Positions 43,782-46,857 of a stretch of 46,857 nt of DNA are shown here, in pieces; position 1 is the first letter of the stretch, and each line of letters opens with the position of its first letter. The stretch covers positions 1-46,857 of the forward strand of contig CAYFFZ010000002.1 of assembly GCA_964342655.1 (NCBI GenBank), read 5' to 3'. This DNA is from an uncultured Nitrososphaerales archaeon. GTDB lineage: Archaea > Thermoproteota > Nitrososphaeria > Conexivisphaerales > UBA164. The notes under the pieces are model-generated. The model was given only the letters and a program-made list of their open reading frames with translations. It searched no databases and was not told the DNA's origin. Made by a program: the position numbers and the translations under genes.

Positions 43782-44642
43782 ATGATAGGGGGAGCTATAT
43801 CTGAGCCTTATGTCCCTTTTGACGAAAAGGGTCATGTTGATTATGAAAAATTGAAGGACGCCATTTCGATACTGCAAGAAAAAGGTGTAGAGGGTTTTAT
43901 GGTAAATGGCATAGGAGCAGAAGCTCTTGTACTTTCGACGGATGAAAGAAAAAAAGTGCTCGAAAGCGTTCTGGAAGTAAGCAAAAAGGAAATTTCTGTT
44001 CTGGTAACTTCCTATTCTTTGGATACAACGTTTGAGCTCATAAAGCACGCTAAAGATACCGGTGCAGGTTATGCTGTGATAACCCAGCCTTTGATATACC
44101 CGTTAAAAAATCCGGTGGAATATTTTAAGAAAATAGCGTCAAAATCTCAACTACCGCTCATACTTTATAACGAAAAGCAACTCGGTAACCTGTTAACTCC
44201 GACTCAGGTTGTGTCAATACTGAATATAGACGGCTTTATAGGCTATAAAGACAGCACCAAAGATATAGGGCATCTTCAGGAGGTTGCAGACGAGATGCCT
44301 GAAAAATCTCTGCTTTTAGCAGGAAGCGACTCTCTTATATACACAACATACACGCTTGGAGGTGTTGGAATCGTTTCGCTGATCATCAACGTTTTTCCAA
44401 GTTTAATAATAGAGCTTACAAAGAGCATGAAAAGAGGAGATTATAGGAAAGGTCTAGATCTTCAGAAAAAAGTGAACAGGATAAGGGCGATACTAAAATC
44501 TTACGGATTCAGCGCTGGATACAGGTATGCTGCTAAGCTTGCGGGAATAGATTTTGGATACACGTATGAAAGGTCAGAAGACCTCAGTGAGCAGGAAGCA
44601 AAGGATCTTAAACAGAAAATTCAAAAAGAAGCATTGATTTAA
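43782..44642 (+). CDS. DapA/NAL-family class I aldolase (DHDPS or KD(P)G-aldolase-like)
   Basis: 286 aa. GFMVNGIGAE, YN and GYKDSTKD (Schiff-base Lys context) motifs. Confidence 0.8.
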   Translation: MIGGAISEPYVPFDEKGHVDYEKLKDAISILQEKGVEGFMVNGIGAEALVLSTDERKKVLESVLEVSKKEISVLVTSYSLDTTFELIKHAKDTGAGYAVITQPLIYPLKNPVEYFKKIASKSQLPLILYNEKQLGNLLTPTQVVSILNIDGFIGYKDSTKDIGHLQEVADEMPEKSLLLAGSDSLIYTTYTLGGVGIVSLIINVFPSLIIELTKSMKRGDYRKGLDLQKKVNRIRAILKSYGFSAGYRYAAKLAGIDFGYTYERSEDLSEQEAKDLKQKIQKEALI

Positions 44643-44775
44643 ATAAATAAAAATCATTATTTATTTTCTGATTTTAATCTTTTGCTTATATGCATTTGAA
44701 CTTATTGTTAATCATGCTTTTTAAAGTCTGGGTGGACGGCACTTATATATTAGATGTTTATTAATCTGAAATATC

Positions 44776-46188
44776 GTGCCAGAAAACAACGCTGAAAAAG
44801 CCGAAGATAAATCGATAATAACAGATATACTTGCTAGACTTGACCGTATTCCTTGGTTTTCATGGCATCTGGGTATTTTTTTAATAATTTTCTTTGGGGG
44901 GATTCTTGAGGGGTATACAATTTCATTAGGAGGAGTAATACTGGGTGCTTTGATAAAACAATTCAAACTAGGTACATTCTACGCATCTTTGTTGACGCCT
45001 TTATTCCTGACTGGAGCTTTAATAGGTTCATTTTATTTCGGTTCTTTATCAGATAAAATTGGAAGGAAGAAAACGTTTGTAATAACGCTAACGATGATAA
45101 CCGCAGGTAGCCTAATTGCAGCTTTTTCATTTAACTACTATTTGCTTGCGCTAGGAGGAGTAACTGCAGCTACTGGAGCAGAAGGGGAGGTCGTGGTTTC
45201 TAACACGATTCTGACCGAATTTGCAAACCCTAAAAACAGGGGGTTGACGGTCACTTCTGGTAATACGCTTGCATTTGATATAGGTACAGTAATAGCATCG
45301 GTAGTAGCTTATATAAGTATAATGACGCTGCCATCCAACTTGGGTTGGAGAACTGTTTTCTTTTTTGTTCTTTTATTATCTATCTTTGTTTTTTTAGCCA
45401 GGCTTAAACTTCCAGAATCAGTCAGATTTCTAATAAAAAATAACAAACTTGAAGAAGCTGAAAAAACGGTATCGATTATAGAAAAAAGGTATGAAGAAAA
45501 AACAGGTAAAAAACTTTCTCCAGTAACCCCTGAAAAGGTCATTTTATCTACCAAAAAAGGTTCAAAAAATTATATGCTTTTGTTTAAAAAATATCCTAAA
45601 AGAGCAGTTCTTGCGTCGATACTTAATTTTACTGAAGTTTGGCCTTACTATGCAGCGTTCTCCATAATTCCAGTTATTTTGACTAAGTTTTTTGGTGTGA
45701 GCGCCTCCAACGTTAGTTTAGCCTTGATCTACATTACTGTAGCAGGTGTTTTGGGATTATTCTTAATGTCTTTTATGCTAGATCTTATTGGCCGCAGAAA
45801 GACAATAATCATTTCATATAGTATAGCTGCAATTTTGTTATTTACTACGGGTTTTATTACACCTTTCCTCAATCTATTTTCTTTCTTAGCGCTGTTAACT
45901 ATCCTTTATTTTTGGGTCTATACAGCCGCCGGCGTGCTATATCCTCAAGTAGCTGAAATGTTTCCCACAGAAATTAGAAGTACTGCAATAGGAACTGCAA
46001 CGGGGATAGGTAGGCTTGGAGGCATAATAGGTCCTATAATCCTCGCTATAATACTTATGTCGTACAGCTATTTAGAATCTGTAGAACTTATTTTTATTAT
46101 ATCTGCATTGGTTGTAGCTTTAGGAGCGATATCAGAGGGTTTATTAGGTCCGGAGCTTCGAGGGAAACGTCTTGAATCTATTTTATAA
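44776..46188 (+). CDS. MFS transporter, sugar-porter-like subfamily
   Basis: 470 aa. SDKIGRKK, PESVRFL and EMFPTEIRSTAIG motifs. GTG start. Confidence 0.85.
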   Translation: MPENNAEKAEDKSIITDILARLDRIPWFSWHLGIFLIIFFGGILEGYTISLGGVILGALIKQFKLGTFYASLLTPLFLTGALIGSFYFGSLSDKIGRKKTFVITLTMITAGSLIAAFSFNYYLLALGGVTAATGAEGEVVVSNTILTEFANPKNRGLTVTSGNTLAFDIGTVIASVVAYISIMTLPSNLGWRTVFFFVLLLSIFVFLARLKLPESVRFLIKNNKLEEAEKTVSIIEKRYEEKTGKKLSPVTPEKVILSTKKGSKNYMLLFKKYPKRAVLASILNFTEVWPYYAAFSIIPVILTKFFGVSASNVSLALIYITVAGVLGLFLMSFMLDLIGRRKTIIISYSIAAILLFTTGFITPFLNLFSFLALLTILYFWVYTAAGVLYPQVAEMFPTEIRSTAIGTATGIGRLGGIIGPIILAIILMSYSYLESVELIFIISALVVALGAISEGLLGPELRGKRLESIL

Positions 46189-46269
46189 AAAAAGCTAACA
46201 ATAATGTAACTTTGCTATAACAAATCAATTGCAGAAAGAATAAATAAACTTAAATCAGATAGCTACTTC

Positions 46270-46857
46270 CTATTCTTTTTTACATTCATTTGATAATCTA
46301 TCTGGATAATCTCCTGTAAGATCGTCCACTCCCATTTCGCAGAACTTTCTTATGTCCTTTATTTCATTTACTGTCCACAAACCTAAATTAATGCCATTTT
46401 TATGTAACTCTATAATATCATCCTTACTGTAAACCAAACCTTGAAAAGCCTGAATCCAAGTAGCCTCAAGTTTTTTTGCTATGTCTATAAACCACCTAGG
46501 CCTACCTTCTATTATCAGCCCGACCTCGATTTCTCTGTCGAGTTCTCTCACTTTTTTTAAAGAATCAAAATCGAACGAAATTATTTGTACGTTTTTCTTT
46601 AAACGAAAATTTTCAACGGTTTCAAGTACTTTTTCCTCGATATTCGGATAATATTCATGGCTGTGTTTTATCTCGACCTTATAAAGAAGCTTATCTCGAT
46701 ACCTGTCAAAAACTTCTGAAAGCGTTGGGACTTTTGTACCTGCATATTTTGGAGAAAACTTGATTCCAGCATCAAGAGTTGTTATTTGATTTAGGCTCAT
46801 TTCTTGTATGTAGCCTTTTCCATTTCTAGTTCGGGCAACAGATTCGTAATGCATTAC
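46270..46857 (-). CDS. Glycerophosphodiester phosphodiesterase (GDPD) family, 5' end outside the window
   Basis: The reading frame stays open to the window edge. The visible part corresponds to the central and C-terminal GDPD barrel (...RTRNGKGYIQEMSLNQITTLDAG...GLWTVN...GVDDLTGDYPD). Confidence 0.8.
   Translation of the reverse strand, partial: VMHYESVARTRNGKGYIQEMSLNQITTLDAGIKFSPKYAGTKVPTLSEVFDRYRDKLLYKVEIKHSHEYYPNIEEKVLETVENFRLKKNVQIISFDFDSLKKVRELDREIEVGLIIEGRPRWFIDIAKKLEATWIQAFQGLVYSKDDIIELHKNGINLGLWTVNEIKDIRKFCEMGVDDLTGDYPDRLSNECKKE

Noticed and set aside
43770-44048. 92-aa minus-strand ORF overlapping the start of the DapA-family gene. Similar ORFs lie at 44721-44966 and 45309-45554, opposite the MFS gene.
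   Set aside because: They are antisense to ORFs with clear family motifs and give Phe/Tyr/Arg-rich junk-like translations.
44645-44672. AT-only hairpin AAATAAATAA-N6-TTATTTATTT just after the DapA-family gene stop
   Set aside because: It is made entirely of A/T pairs, so any structure is very weak. It is more simply part of an AT/T-rich termination region and is not a distinct element.
1-46857. CRISPR arrays, IS elements or other long repeats
   Set aside because: Reading all intergenic spacers (the longest is about 300 bp) showed no regularly spaced direct repeats, no transposase-like ORFs and no terminal inverted repeats. I cannot exclude dispersed short repeats without a computational self-comparison.

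Overview
This is a gene-dense, visibly AT-rich archaeal chromosomal segment with about 51 protein genes and one tRNA. I found no rRNA, CRISPR array, transposase or integrase. Archaeal markers are RpoL, TFS, aIF1A, separate Kae1 and Bud32 genes, a GC-rich tRNA-Pro, BRE/TATA-type promoters placed 20-35 nt before start codons, and oligo-T tracts after genes. The gene content suggests a thermoacidophile-like heterotroph, either Thermoplasmatales-like or carrying Sulfolobus-like operons. That content includes many MFS, APC and SSS transporters, a cytoplasmic GGT, ThyX, a KDG-aldolase/DapA-family enzyme, a TrpB2-type tryptophan synthase and a trpBADFEGC operon. I cannot assign the taxon without a database search. 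The main blocks are as follows. (1) 0.1-9.3 kb holds a YeeE-like permease, rpoL-tfs, transporters, dcd, tRNA-Pro(GGG) and ggt. (2) 10.1-16.4 kb holds a tightly overlapping trpB2-A-D-F-E-G-C operon on the minus strand. (3) 18.1-22.9 kb holds an ECF-type transporter cluster with two extra membrane or exported genes and three promoters. (4) 22.9-27.5 kb holds an Sm-like protein, a divergent TrmB-family protein, two ESCRT-III (CdvB/Snf7-like) genes, Vps4/CdvC and a small HhH/Cys protein, with no CdvA. (5) 27.5-35 kb holds a LarA-like degenerate protein, an NPP phosphodiesterase, an overlapping AMMECR1-GT-MoaE-Kae1-Bud32 operon, MoeA and aIF1A. (6) 35-41 kb holds a GNAT / CorA-topology unknown / DMT permease operon and purA-purB-PRTase. 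(7) 41-46.9 kb holds a mini HExxH protein, thyX, a DenV-type pyrimidine-dimer glycosylase, upp, a DapA/KDG-aldolase-family enzyme, an MFS transporter and a truncated GDPD. My best candidate for an under-described system is the CdvA-less ESCRT-III/Vps4 module, together with its candidate operator and uncharacterised neighbours. Second-tier candidates are the expanded ECF cluster and the GNAT / CorA-like / DMT operon. All functional calls rest on motif recognition by eye and need HMM or structure confirmation.
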